A DNA stretch of 23,388 bases from contig NW_021836690.1 of NCBI RefSeq assembly GCF_006345805.1, positions 1-23,388 of the forward strand, given 5' to 3'. Every line of letters begins with the position of its first letter. The first letter of the stretch is position 1. Positions 1 to 9,712 of this stretch are shown here, one piece after another. Position numbers and translations under genes: made by a program. Source of the DNA: Octopus sinensis (taxonomy: Eukaryota). A model generated the notes under the pieces. The model made no database searches. It worked only from the letters and a program-made list of their open reading frames with translations, and was not told where the DNA came from.

Positions 1-731
1 AGAATATATAACCAGATAATGCAACGTGGGATAAGTTACATGACAATTAAGACTTTGTTATGAAAGTAAAAATCAATATTTTCTGACATAACTGAAATAT
101 ATGGAATCTCAGAAAGAAATCAAGAAAATTATCTGTAACGTTACGACTATTATTTCATTTGATAACTTGGGTGGACATTACACCTTTACTTTATTCTATA
201 TTCAGCTCCATTAGCACATTAGTTTACGCGTTGGTTTTAGCATTCGCTTCATCCTAATTCCTTTACTAATGATTCCTTACAAGTGATGCAACTGCGTAGA
301 TGTTACTATATTTTTCATTCTCTTGTTTGAAAATATTAGGATCTTGTTATTTTATAGAGGATACACGAAATATTCGAACTTTATAGAATTCTTAACCGTT
401 ATTTTCTCATGATATTCTTATACACTTTTATGAAACACACATATTCATTTACAGATGCCGTATTATTTTGTAACATTTAGAGTAAAATGACTTGAATAAA
501 AAATCTAATTCTTAGTGAGAATTTCAAGAAAAGACTTTGAAAAATATCTTAACAATGCCGTTGGGTAGGGTTATATGAATGTGTTCAACGAACACGGCAA
601 CCTGTAGTAATATTTATAATGGAAAAACATACAGAATCGACAATTTAGTCAAGTGACTTCTATTATAATCCCAAAATTGTCAATGCTTTGTGAGTTACTT
701 TGGTAAAGGAAACTGTGTAGAAGCTCATCGT

Positions 732-1759
732 ATAACTTAGCTCTTCGCCAAACGTGTTCGATAAAATAACTTAGAGGTTTGCCAAACGTGATCGATAAAA
801 TAATCTCGCGGTTCGCAAAAAGAGATCGATAAACTATCTTAGCGGTTCACCAAACGTGATCGATGAAGTAACTTAGTGGTTCGTCAATCGAATCGATAAA
901 ATAACTTAGATGTTCGCCAATCATGATCGATAAAGTAACTTAGCAGTTCGTAAATCGTGATCGATAAAATAACATTAGCGGTTCGGCAAAGGTGTTCAAT
1001 ATAATAATATAGCGGTTCGCTTAATGTGATCGTTAAAATAACTTAGCTATTCGCAAAAGGAGATCGGTAAAATAACTTAGAGGCTCGCCAAAGAAGATCG
1101 ATAAAATAACTAGAAATTCGCCAAAGGAAACCAATAAAATAACTTAGTGGTTCGCCAAACGTGATCGATAAAATAATCTCGCGGTTCGCAAAAAGAGATC
1201 GATAAACTATCTTAGCGGTTCACCAAACGTGATCGATGAAGTAACTTAGTGGTTCGTCAATCGAATCGATAAAATAACTTAGATGTTCGCCAATCATGAT
1301 CGATAAAGTAACTTAGCAGTTCGTAAATCGTGATCGATAAAATAACATTAGCGGTTCGGCAAAGGTGTTCAATATAATAATATAGCGGTTCGCTTAATGT
1401 GATCGTTAAAATAACTTAGCTATTCGCAAAAGGAGATCGGTAAAATAACTTAGAGGCTCGCCAAAGAAGATCGATAAAATAACTAGAAATTCGCCAAAGG
1501 AAACCAATAAAATAACTTAGTGGTTCGCCAAACGTGATCGATAAAATAACCTATCGGTTCGCGTAGGGAGAACGGTAAAATAACTTAGAGGTTCGCCAAA
1601 GAAGATCGATAAAATAACTAGCGATTCGCCAAAGGAAATCGATAAGATAACTTAGCGGTTTGCCAAACGTGATGGATAAAATGACTTAGCAGTTCGCCAA
1701 ACGAGATCGATAAAATAACTTAGAGGTTCGCCATAGGTGATCGATAAATTAACTTAGCG
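732..1759 (+). repeat. 34-bp tandem minisatellite (about 30 monomers) with an 11-mer higher-order duplication
   Basis: Consensus GCCAAACGTGATCGATAAAATAACTTAGCGGTTC (33-35 bp variants) repeated head-to-tail without spacers. 781-1153 and 1154-1526 are identical by eye (period 373 bp, 11 monomers). Confidence 0.97.
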
Positions 1760-2082
1760 TTATGGAAATACACACACATATATATATATTGCATGATATG
1801 CATATTGTAATATTCATATATTGTATTATATAACTTTTGTTATATATGTATAATGAAATTGTCCCTTCCAGCATCGTCATTTTCCGATCATCTGGAAATG
1901 AAGCAGGCTTGGTTATGTACCTAAATGTAGGAAAGATTCATTTGAATGACATGCTAGGTTAATGCATAATAGCCATTCTTCCATAAATCATTCTATAGTA
2001 ACTAATTTCCTGGGAGGTCTGTGTACCTCGAAACACACCTCACTCTTGGTACCAAAGTCCATCCTACATTGCTCGGGCTGTA

Positions 2083-2307
2083 TACTCTTACTTACTCTTA
2101 CTCTTACTCTTACTTGTTTCAATCATTTGACTGCGGCCATGCTGGAGCACCGCCTTTAGTCGGGCAAATCGACCCCGGGACTTATTCTTTGTAAGCCCAA
2201 TACTTATTCTATCGGTCTCTTTTGCCGAACCGCTAAGTGACGGGGACGTAAACACACCAGCATCAGTTGTCAAGCAATGCTAGGGGGACAAACACAGACA
2301 CACACAC

Positions 2308-2344
<37 letters not shown>

Positions 2345-2517
2345 ACATATATACGACAGGCTTCTTTCAGTTTCAGTCTACCAAATTCACCCCCAAGGCA
2401 TTGGTCGGCCCGGGGCTATAGCAGAAGACACTTGCCCAAGATGCCACGCAGTGGGACTGAACCCGGAACCATGTGGTTGGTTAGCAAGCTACTTACCACA
2501 CAGCCACTCCTGCGCCT
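2083..2517 (-). mobile_element. tRNA-derived SINE, family A, near full length
   Basis: Minus strand: head AGGCGCAGGAGTGGCTGTGTGG (A-box-like), GGTTCAGTCCC (B-box-like), a CTTGGGCAAGT segment resembling the start of the CORE domain, an internal (TA)/(TG) microsatellite, and a short tandem (AGTAAG) tail at 2083-2115. Other copies at 16156-16582 and 21590-21839. Confidence 0.88.
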
Positions 2518-2762
2518 ATATTGCGTTAATTTTTAATTAAAATTTCGATGCTGCTTCTATCGTTTTATTCCCGAATTAATGACGTTTCCCCTCCTTAAGA
2601 GCGTAGTTTTAATTAGCAGTTTATATTTCACTACATGAAGTTGGACAATCAACATTTCATTTTCAAAGAGATCATATCACTCAGTGTTTCCTCTGAAGAA
2701 TATAATTGTTTCACCATTTGGCAGAAGGCCAACAATTTAAGGGGGGGAAGGCATAAGTTGAT

Positions 2763-2917
2763 TATATCGACCCTAGTGATTAATTGGTACTTATTCTATC
2801 GATCCCGATATGGTTAACGACAAAGTGAACATCGGCGAAAATTGAACACAAAACGTAAAGACGGCCGAAATGCTGCTAAGAATTTTGCCCAGCGCGAAAC
2901 GATTCTGCTATCCCGCC
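2763..2917 (-). mobile_element. tRNA-derived SINE, family B, old diverged 5' half
   Basis: The reverse complement (GGCGGGATAGCAGAATCGTTTCGCGCTGGGCAAAATTCTTAGC...GGGATCGATAGAATAAGTACC) aligns with the family B copy starting at 2952. Confidence 0.7.
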
Positions 2918-2951
2918 GTCTGATCTGAAGCTTATGATATATAGAATGCTG

Positions 2952-3345
2952 AAGGCGGCGAGCTGGCAGAAACGTTAGCACGCCGGGCGAAATGCGTAGC
3001 CGTATTTCGTCTGCCGTTACGTTCTGAGTTTAAATTCCGCCGAGGTCGACTTTGCCTTTCATCCTTTCCAGGTCAATAAATAAAGTACCAGTTTCGCACT
3101 GGGGTCGATGTAACCGACTTTATCCCTTTGTCTGTCCTTGTTTTTCGTCTCTGTATTTAGCCCCTTGTGGGTAGTAAAGAAATAGAAATAGGTATTTCGT
3201 GTTTTTACGTTCCGAGTTCAAATTCCACCGAAGTCGATTTTCCCTTCTATCGTTTCGGGGTCGATAAATTAAGTACCAGTTGCGTACTGGGGTCGATCTA
3301 ATCGACTGGCCCCCTCCCAAAAATTGTGCCTAGAGTAGAAAAGAA
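2952..3345 (+). mobile_element. tRNA-derived SINE, family B, dimeric (full monomer 2952-3190 plus headless monomer 3191-3345)
   Basis: Head AAGGCGGCGAGCTGGCAGAAACG, B-box-like GAGTTTAAATTCC, central GCCTTTCATCC...TAAAGTACCAG. After GTAGTAAAGAAATA the sequence restarts at GGTATTTCGT and repeats the B-box and central domain. Confidence 0.88.
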
Positions 3346-3802
3346 GATATAGAAAATTGTTTAGATTGCCGTGTGACCAGCTAGTGCTCTGGAAGGAACT
3401 ATCCGGATGATATTACGCCAATTTTATCAGTATCATATTATTCAGTGTCATTAGATTTTGCTAGAAGGAGAGCACTTGATGATATGTATTTAGAGTGAGA
3501 AACCTCATAAAAGTTATGGGGTAGGAGCTGTAACCAGTGATATTTATAAATGCAATGTTATTAACGTACTATTGGCATATTCGAACGGGTAATAACATTG
3601 CATCATAAAAGTATTTGTAGAGAAAGTGACTCATGTGTTAATGCTGGAATGGGTTTCTCTTGAAAATCAAGTTTGGCATGCCGTTGTGAAGAACAACTAG
3701 AAGAAATGAGATAATCGTATATAATTGCACACATAAAACTCACTAAGGCCGGTTAGAAAAGATAACTGCTCTCTTTCAAACACCGGATGGTGTATTATAT
3801 AT

Positions 3803-4207
3803 ATTTATTTACTACCCACAAGGGGCTAAACACAGAGAGGACAAACAAGGACAGACAAACGGATTAAGTCGATTACATCGACCCCAGTACGTAACTGGTA
3901 CATAATTTATCGACCCCGAAAGGATGAAAGGCAAAGTCGACCTCGGCAGAATTTGAACTCAGGATGTAACGGCAGATTTCTTTACTACCCACAAGGGGCT
4001 AAACGCAGAGGGAACAAACAAGGACAGACAAACGGATTAAGTCGATTAAATCGACCCCAGTGCGTAACTGGTACTTAATTTATAGACCCCGAAAGGATGA
4101 AAGGCAAAGTCGACCTCGGCGGAATTTGAACCCAGAACGTAACGGCAGACGAAATACGGCTATGCATTCCGCTCGGCGTGCTAACGTTTCTGCCAGCTCG
4201 CCGCCTT
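3803..4207 (-). mobile_element. tRNA-derived SINE, family B, dimeric, with 17-bp target-site duplication
   Basis: Two tandem monomers (full about 3976-4207, headless 3803-3977). TSD GATGGTGTATTATATAT at 3786-3802 and 4208-4224. Confidence 0.92.
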
Positions 4208-4756
4208 GATGGTGTATTATATATTTCTGGTTGTGGATTTAAGTTTAACATTTGACACCTTGGTTAGTGGCTTGGGTGATGAACTCACGATCATAAGCCC
4301 GTATTTTTTGATACCTGGACCGGGCAACGTATCCTTTCTTTGGCAAATTACATGATTTCATTTTACTAAAATTTATTCAATAGTAAAAAAAGTACCAGCC
4401 TAGAGTAGATGCAGTGAATCATAACTCCTTGCCTCTGTTTTATCTCGATGTTTCGCTCGATCAATGGTGGATACCAATACCTGTCTCTGCTCGTGACTAC
4501 ATAATCAAGAAAGGGTGGCACAAGCTAACAGGTCATACACAGTTGCAGGTGTTTATGGGAAAAGTCGTCCTATAAGACTGCATCATATGTATGCAAGAAG
4601 TTTCCCTACAAGACTTCCTAAGTCTTGATCATCAAAAAGTCTTCATATAACACTTTTTTCTGATACTGCTGTTTTGGTGTAAGCCACACAAGCAATTGAC
4701 CGAAAATCGAGATGTGATCCCCATCTCCGTTTTTCTAATCTTCGTCCGACCTCTTA

Positions 4757-6370
4757 CTACACCGCACTTTTGGAGAGCATGTTTGGTGTAAGTCTGCCAC
4801 TATAGCGGCTTTCTAACTCCTTGATTTCTTGGTGAAATCGGTCACCATGCTCATCACTTACATCACCCATATTGGATAGAAATAAGTCAAGATGAAAGTG
4901 GAGAATATGAATTTTTGCAGACATCCTTGCCCCAAGTTGCTTATAACCTTTCAAAAAGTCATTCATAATTGCAGCATAGTTGATTTTTATTTTATTTCTC
5001 CAAAAATGTTTTACAAGTGAAACAAACTTTCCTCAAGCAGTTTTCTCTACTGGGCTTAATTTTTCTTGAAAACGCTCCTCACAAATTAGTGTGCGAATTT
5101 CTGGTCCATTAAAACACCAGCTTTGATCTTAGCTTCACTCTTGCTAGAAACAAATTTTTCAATGAGATATTTGAAGCCGTCACCGTTTGCCTTCATGGCC
5201 TTAACAAAATTCTTAAACGAATAAAGTAATGAGTAAGGGAGAAGGATAAATTTTGTGAGGGTCAACTAAAGGGATATATTTAACGTAGTATCTCCTTGGA
5301 GTGAAATCACTTCTCTTTTGGCCACTCGTTTTGATCATTGTGATGCTTGTCATCTCTGCTGTTCCAAAGCTCAAAAATCGCTGATGATTTGTATACCTCG
5401 TTTGTAATCCAAGAAGCAAACCAATAACTTTCAAGTCCCTGCATATATTCCACTTGTGTTCAGAATATTTAATCAAGTGCAAAATTTTATCCATTGATTC
5501 ATAAGTTTCCTTTAATCCTACAGCATGTGCTAGTGGTATTGATATTTTTTGATTGTCCTTATGCAGCAAAACGGATTTTCAGGCTTGCTTTGCTGGAATC
5601 TATGAAGAGCCTCCATTCTTCAGGATTATAGCCGTACCCCATCTCACGTAGGAGTCCTTCAACATCACAACAAAAACAAAATACCGTCTTTCTCCGTAAA
5701 AAATTCATGCAATTCTGTATGCCGTTTTCGAATATACGAGCATTTTACATCATCGTATAAAAGGTTCCATTGTTTCAACCTGGAACACAGTAGTTCAGAC
5801 ATTTCTTTTGTTAAACTTAAGTCTCTAACTAAATCATTTAACTCTAGTTGAATTAATTAATGAGGAACATTTTTTGAAGATCCTGGTTCATCACAGTGAT
5901 CTGCTCTATCATTCGGCATACCTTCAATTGAAGTAGATGCAGTACTTTCTTCACTTAAAATATCTTTGTCAAAAGATGAAGGAGGTTCTGGAATTGGAAT
6001 ATTTTCAGCATGATCAACTGGTTTTAAAGCTGAAGGGCAATCTGGGTAAACAATCTTGGATTTGTTCTTAGAGAAGCATGTTATGTTACTTAAGCAGAAA
6101 TGGCAATCGGTATAGTGGTTTGTTGGTGTGCGCCATATCATTGGTACTGCAAATGGCATACTTTTCCGTTTATCTTTCCGTCATTGGGTTAGTGCCATGT
6201 AGCAGTTTTTACAACAAACATGAGGTGACTACAGTTTATCTTTGCCCCCAAGATTGCACCCAAATAAAGTTTGTAGTTATTTTAAAATTTCTTTGTAAAC
6301 CTATTTCTCAGAGCTTTCCACACACGTAACAAAAGCTGTTCTGGTGATTAACACAAACTTTTCTGTACAT
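4757..6370 (-). pseudogene. Chapaev3-like DDE transposase pseudogene
   Basis: Manual translation across stops and frameshifts gives MYRKVCVNHQNSFCYVCG...PHVCCKNC...MPFAVPMIWRTPTNHYTDCHFC (N-terminal zinc finger), WRLFIDSSK, WNICRDLK, FKNFVKAM, and MSAKIHILHFHLDLF...SDEHGDRFHQEI. It joins ORF-track pieces 5857-6159, 5213-5569 and 4757-4966. Confidence 0.85.
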
Positions 6371-7017
6371 CACGAATACATACAGTAATAACCTAAATCA
6401 ACACTCAAGAAAGCCTATCAGCAAAGTAAAACATAAGATTAATCAACTGTAAATGTATATTTCTCAAAGAAAAATAATACAAATTATTATAGAATAAACT
6501 GAAGCTATGGCCATCACGAAACAGTTTTTTCCGTCTCTAAATTTCAGACATTGATCACTTTAATAAATAATTAAACTTACTACAAAACTACTTTTCATAT
6601 AACCTGGCTCTCTTCTTTGATGTACATCGTTTTAACAGCACTAGCTGTAATCAAGAAAAGGGGAGCCTGAGTGGCTTACTATAATATCAATAGCCTACTG
6701 TAAGGAGAACTTTACTATAATTACAGCAATAACAAAGTAAAATAAATCCACATCTTTTGAGGCAAGTTAACAGGTAGTCTACATTTCCTTCTATCAGCAC
6801 TTATCTTCGTTCTAGTGATAAGTATATGAATGAAAATCGAAAGCAAATAGCATGCTAATTTCTCAATATTATCAATTCGTTGGAAAATCTGATGCGAGTA
6901 ACTAAAAAAACAACACGAGCTGTCAGAAAACTGATGTCAGATCTGAGTTCAGCACCCTAAAATTACCCTAAATCAAGTGAAAAAGCTTTCGAAAAAATTT
7001 TGTTTTGTGCCCCAGTG
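4757..7017 (-). mobile_element. Chapaev3-type (CMC superfamily) DNA transposon, decayed, only the 5' terminus present
   Basis: The minus-strand terminus reads tta|CACTGGGCACAAAACAAAATTTTTT (CAC end, TWA flank at 7018-7020), matching Chapaev-type termini. A decayed transposase follows. No matching second terminus is visible. Confidence 0.8.
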
Positions 7018-7165
7018 TAATCTGCGTGAGGTGTATCTGACTAGTTTATATAGATCTATGAATACATCTACGAATGCTTCTATTTATATAACTTCTATCG
7101 CTCCATCAATTTGCCACCGTGCCCACCTATCTGTTTGTTTCTCTTTCTCCTTCTTTCTCCCCCCT

Positions 7166-7168
7166 CTA

Positions 7169-7228
<60 letters not shown>

Positions 7229-7291
7229 AATATAAATATATATGTGTATGTATATAATATATATATATACATGTGTGTGTGTGTGTGTGTA

Positions 7292-7345
<54 letters not shown>

Positions 7346-7371
7346 TATATATATATATAAATATATGTGTG
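7166..7371. repeat. compound microsatellite (TC)n(TA)n(TG)n(TA)n
   Basis: Directly visible dinucleotide tracts. Confidence 0.95.
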
Positions 7372-7541
7372 TAGAGAGAGAATCTAATGATGTAGGTAAA
7401 AGGAAAAGAAAAATATGTGGTGTCGGAGGTAAAGTTGAAGTGAAACATTGGACCATAGATATTCATATTGATCTAAACAGAATTTATATCATGTCATGCA
7501 CGAAATAATTTAAGATGTCTAGAATAATAATAATGATAATA

Positions 7542-7579
<38 letters not shown>

Positions 7580-7819
7580 ATTTCGTTGGCGCTGTTTTGT
7601 CGGCAATCAATTTCTGCTTTGATTTCATTCCTCAGATCGGTTTCCGTGAATCGCATCATTAGTTGACATATTCATGTCTTCCATTTTACAGTTATTCTCA
7701 CTCTATTCAAAGATCAAATTATTTTGAGAATATATAACACAACCAACAACGTGTAACATGAAATTATTTCCGAAATCTAATTAAATAACATTACGCTTAA
7801 GTATATACAGACACAAGCA

Positions 7820-7859
7820 CACGCACACACGTTATACATATATAAATACATACCTACTT

Positions 7860-7939
<80 letters not shown>

Positions 7940-8014
7940 ATATATGTGTATGTATGTATATATAAGTATGTATGTATGTATGTATAAATATATATATATA
8001 TATATACTATATAT

Positions 8015-8065
<51 letters not shown>

Positions 8066-8093
8066 TATATATATATCTATATATATATATATA
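7820..8093. repeat. compound microsatellite (TA)n/(TATG)n
   Basis: Directly visible; abuts the left TIR of the Tc1 element. Confidence 0.95.
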
Positions 8094-9099
8094 CAGCGTT
8101 TGGACGAGATAATGGAAAACCTAGCATCATAGCATCATAATTTTGAAATATCTATATAACCGTCAAAGTTTTTTTATTCTTATGTTTTTTGATTTATTAC
8201 TAGTGTTGCTTAATATGTTTTGCTAAAATTGCTGTTTCTTTTCAGATATCATCAGAAGAAGGTAATTAAAGTTTTTTTAAATGGCAGAGCTATCGGACTT
8301 TCAAAGAAGTCAAATAGTTGGTGCTCTTATGGCAGGCGCTAGCGTAACGAAAACAGACGAAATGTTTGGTGTATCAAGTGGTACTGTCTCGAAAGTAATG
8401 GCAGCCTTTGAGAAAGAGAGAAAAGCCTCCTCGCCGAAACAAAACTCCGGTAAACCCAAACTTACAGATTGGAGTAAAAACCTACAGAATTGGCATCTAG
8501 AGCAGTGGAAGAATGTTATTTTCTCAGACATGTCATCCTTTACCTTATTTCCGACCAGCCAAAAGAAACATTTGACTCAAACTGACTTCTTCAAACTGTC
8601 AAACATGTGATGATCTGTGATGATATTGGGGGCTATATGATAGAAATCCGTCGGCCCAATGGTTTCCATTCATGGGAGAATTAATAGTCAAGACTATTCA
8701 AGCAAATTCTCTGATCAAATTCATACTATGTTTGAGGAAGATTGCGGATAATGAACCAATTCACATAGCTAAAGTTGTTACTGAATGGCACGAGGAACAT
8801 TCTAGTGCAGTTGAACATCTTATCTGGTCATCACAGTCTCTCAATATTCTTGGACATTTATGCTGCATTTTAGAAAAGACAAGAAATGAGTCAATATCCC
8901 GCAGCATCATCACTAAAAGAACTGGAGATTGTTTTAGCTTTAGAATGGGCAAAATTTCCTTTAGAAACAATTCAAATTTTGTACTAGTCCATACCTCCTA
9001 GAATTCAAGGTGTAATTACTGCCAAAGTCGGTCCTAGCCCATATTGAAATAAATTTGTTTGAAATTTTAAGGTGTCTCCATTATTTTGTCCAACCCCTG
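8094..9099 (+). mobile_element. Tc1-family transposon, internally deleted, both TIRs present
   Basis: Left TIR CAGCGTTTGGACGAGATAATGGA versus the reverse complement of the right end CAGGGGTTGGACAAAATAATGGA (19/23 identical). TA flanks at 8092-8093 and 9100-9101, inside (TA)n tracts. Confidence 0.92.
8281..9047 (+). pseudogene. Tc1-like (DD34E) transposase pseudogene
   Basis: LSDFQRSQIVGALMAGASVTKT...GVSSGTVSKV (HTH), QWKNVIFSDMSSFTLFPTS (first D), DNEPIHIAKVV (second D), LNILGHL (catalytic E replaced), and a terminal IQGVITAKVGPSPY*. Contains stops, frameshifts and internal deletions. Confidence 0.9.
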
Positions 9100-9125
9100 T
9101 ATATATATATATATATATATATATA

Positions 9126-9548
9126 TGTAAGATCCCAATATATATATACTGTGTATAAGTTCTGTACTAGGAAACACCAAGTTTAAATACTGCTGGATCT
9201 CACTCATGAGGTACTGGAATCTTACATTATGTATAAACTATACATTTGGAAGGACTCATTTTAAATTCTGTTGGATTTTATTCATAAGGTATTGGGATCT
9301 TACATATATACCACACTGCCTAAAAAATGGATCTACAACTTCAATATCCCTACATATCTCACATCTATTTTCTTTCCTCCACCTCACTCTCTATTTTGTA
9401 TCCTATCTAAACTAACTATTACTTAACCATCTTCTCACACCATCTCTGATAAAGAGATATAATTAATAAATATCCTGGAAAGAGATGTAAGACATTCTAT
9501 CTATAAATGTTTTAATATCCACACAGCCTTGGTTTTTATCTCATTACG
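9126..9548 (+). mobile_element. probable 3' remnant of a Penelope-like retroelement with an inverted end segment
   Basis: Pyrimidine-rich tract followed by a degenerate hammerhead-like motif (9443-9492), the usual layout of a Penelope-like 3' repeat. Exact inverted repeat 9120-9140/9290-9310 and a 78-bp-period internal duplication. Family assignment is an inference. Confidence 0.45.
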
Positions 9549-9556
9549 TAAAAAAG

Positions 9557-9612
<56 letters not shown>

Positions 9613-9670
9613 TTGAGTGTGTGCGTGTGTGTATGTGAATATTTTCCCCAAATTTAATTGTTTTCCATGC

Positions 9671-9712
9671 TTACAGTTGAAGAAGTCTCAATGACTGAAA
9701 CCGGTACTGAAA
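9671..9712 (+). ncRNA. minimal type I hammerhead-ribozyme-like motif with a C3U change
   Basis: ttaCAG-TTGAAGA-AGTC(tcaat)GACT-GAAA-C(cg)G-TA-CTGaaa: stem I CAG/CTG, 4-bp stem II, palindromic stem III (ACCGGT), GUA cleavage triplet ending at 9706. Confidence 0.6.

Noticed and set aside
732-1759. CRISPR-like regular array of about 34-bp units
   Set aside because: Units are contiguous diverged monomers with no unique spacers, there are no cas genes, and the context is eukaryotic.
1872-1960. AG/GT-bounded stretch with one open frame (IVIFRSSGNEAGLVMYLNVGKIHLNDML)
   Set aside because: Weak donor site and no recognisable protein similarity.
3640-3720. Peptide EWVSLENQVWHAVV resembling the C-terminal end of RTE-type LINE ORF2
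   Set aside because: Too short and degenerate to call by eye.
4441-4640. Fragments INGGYQYL / DYIIKKGW / GKSRPIRLH reminiscent of a Maverick/Polinton-type integrase
   Set aside because: Needs several frameshifts, lacks clear catalytic motifs, and is too weak to support without a profile search.
4673-4792. 11-bp direct repeat TTTGGTGTAAG (4673-4683, 4782-4792) near the Chapaev truncation point
   Set aside because: One copy lies inside transposase coding sequence and no element is recognisable between them; plausibly chance.
8229-8268. Splice-like signals TTTTCAG|16 nt|GTAATT upstream of the Tc1 ATG
   Set aside because: Such short matches are common in AT-rich DNA and there is no independent support.
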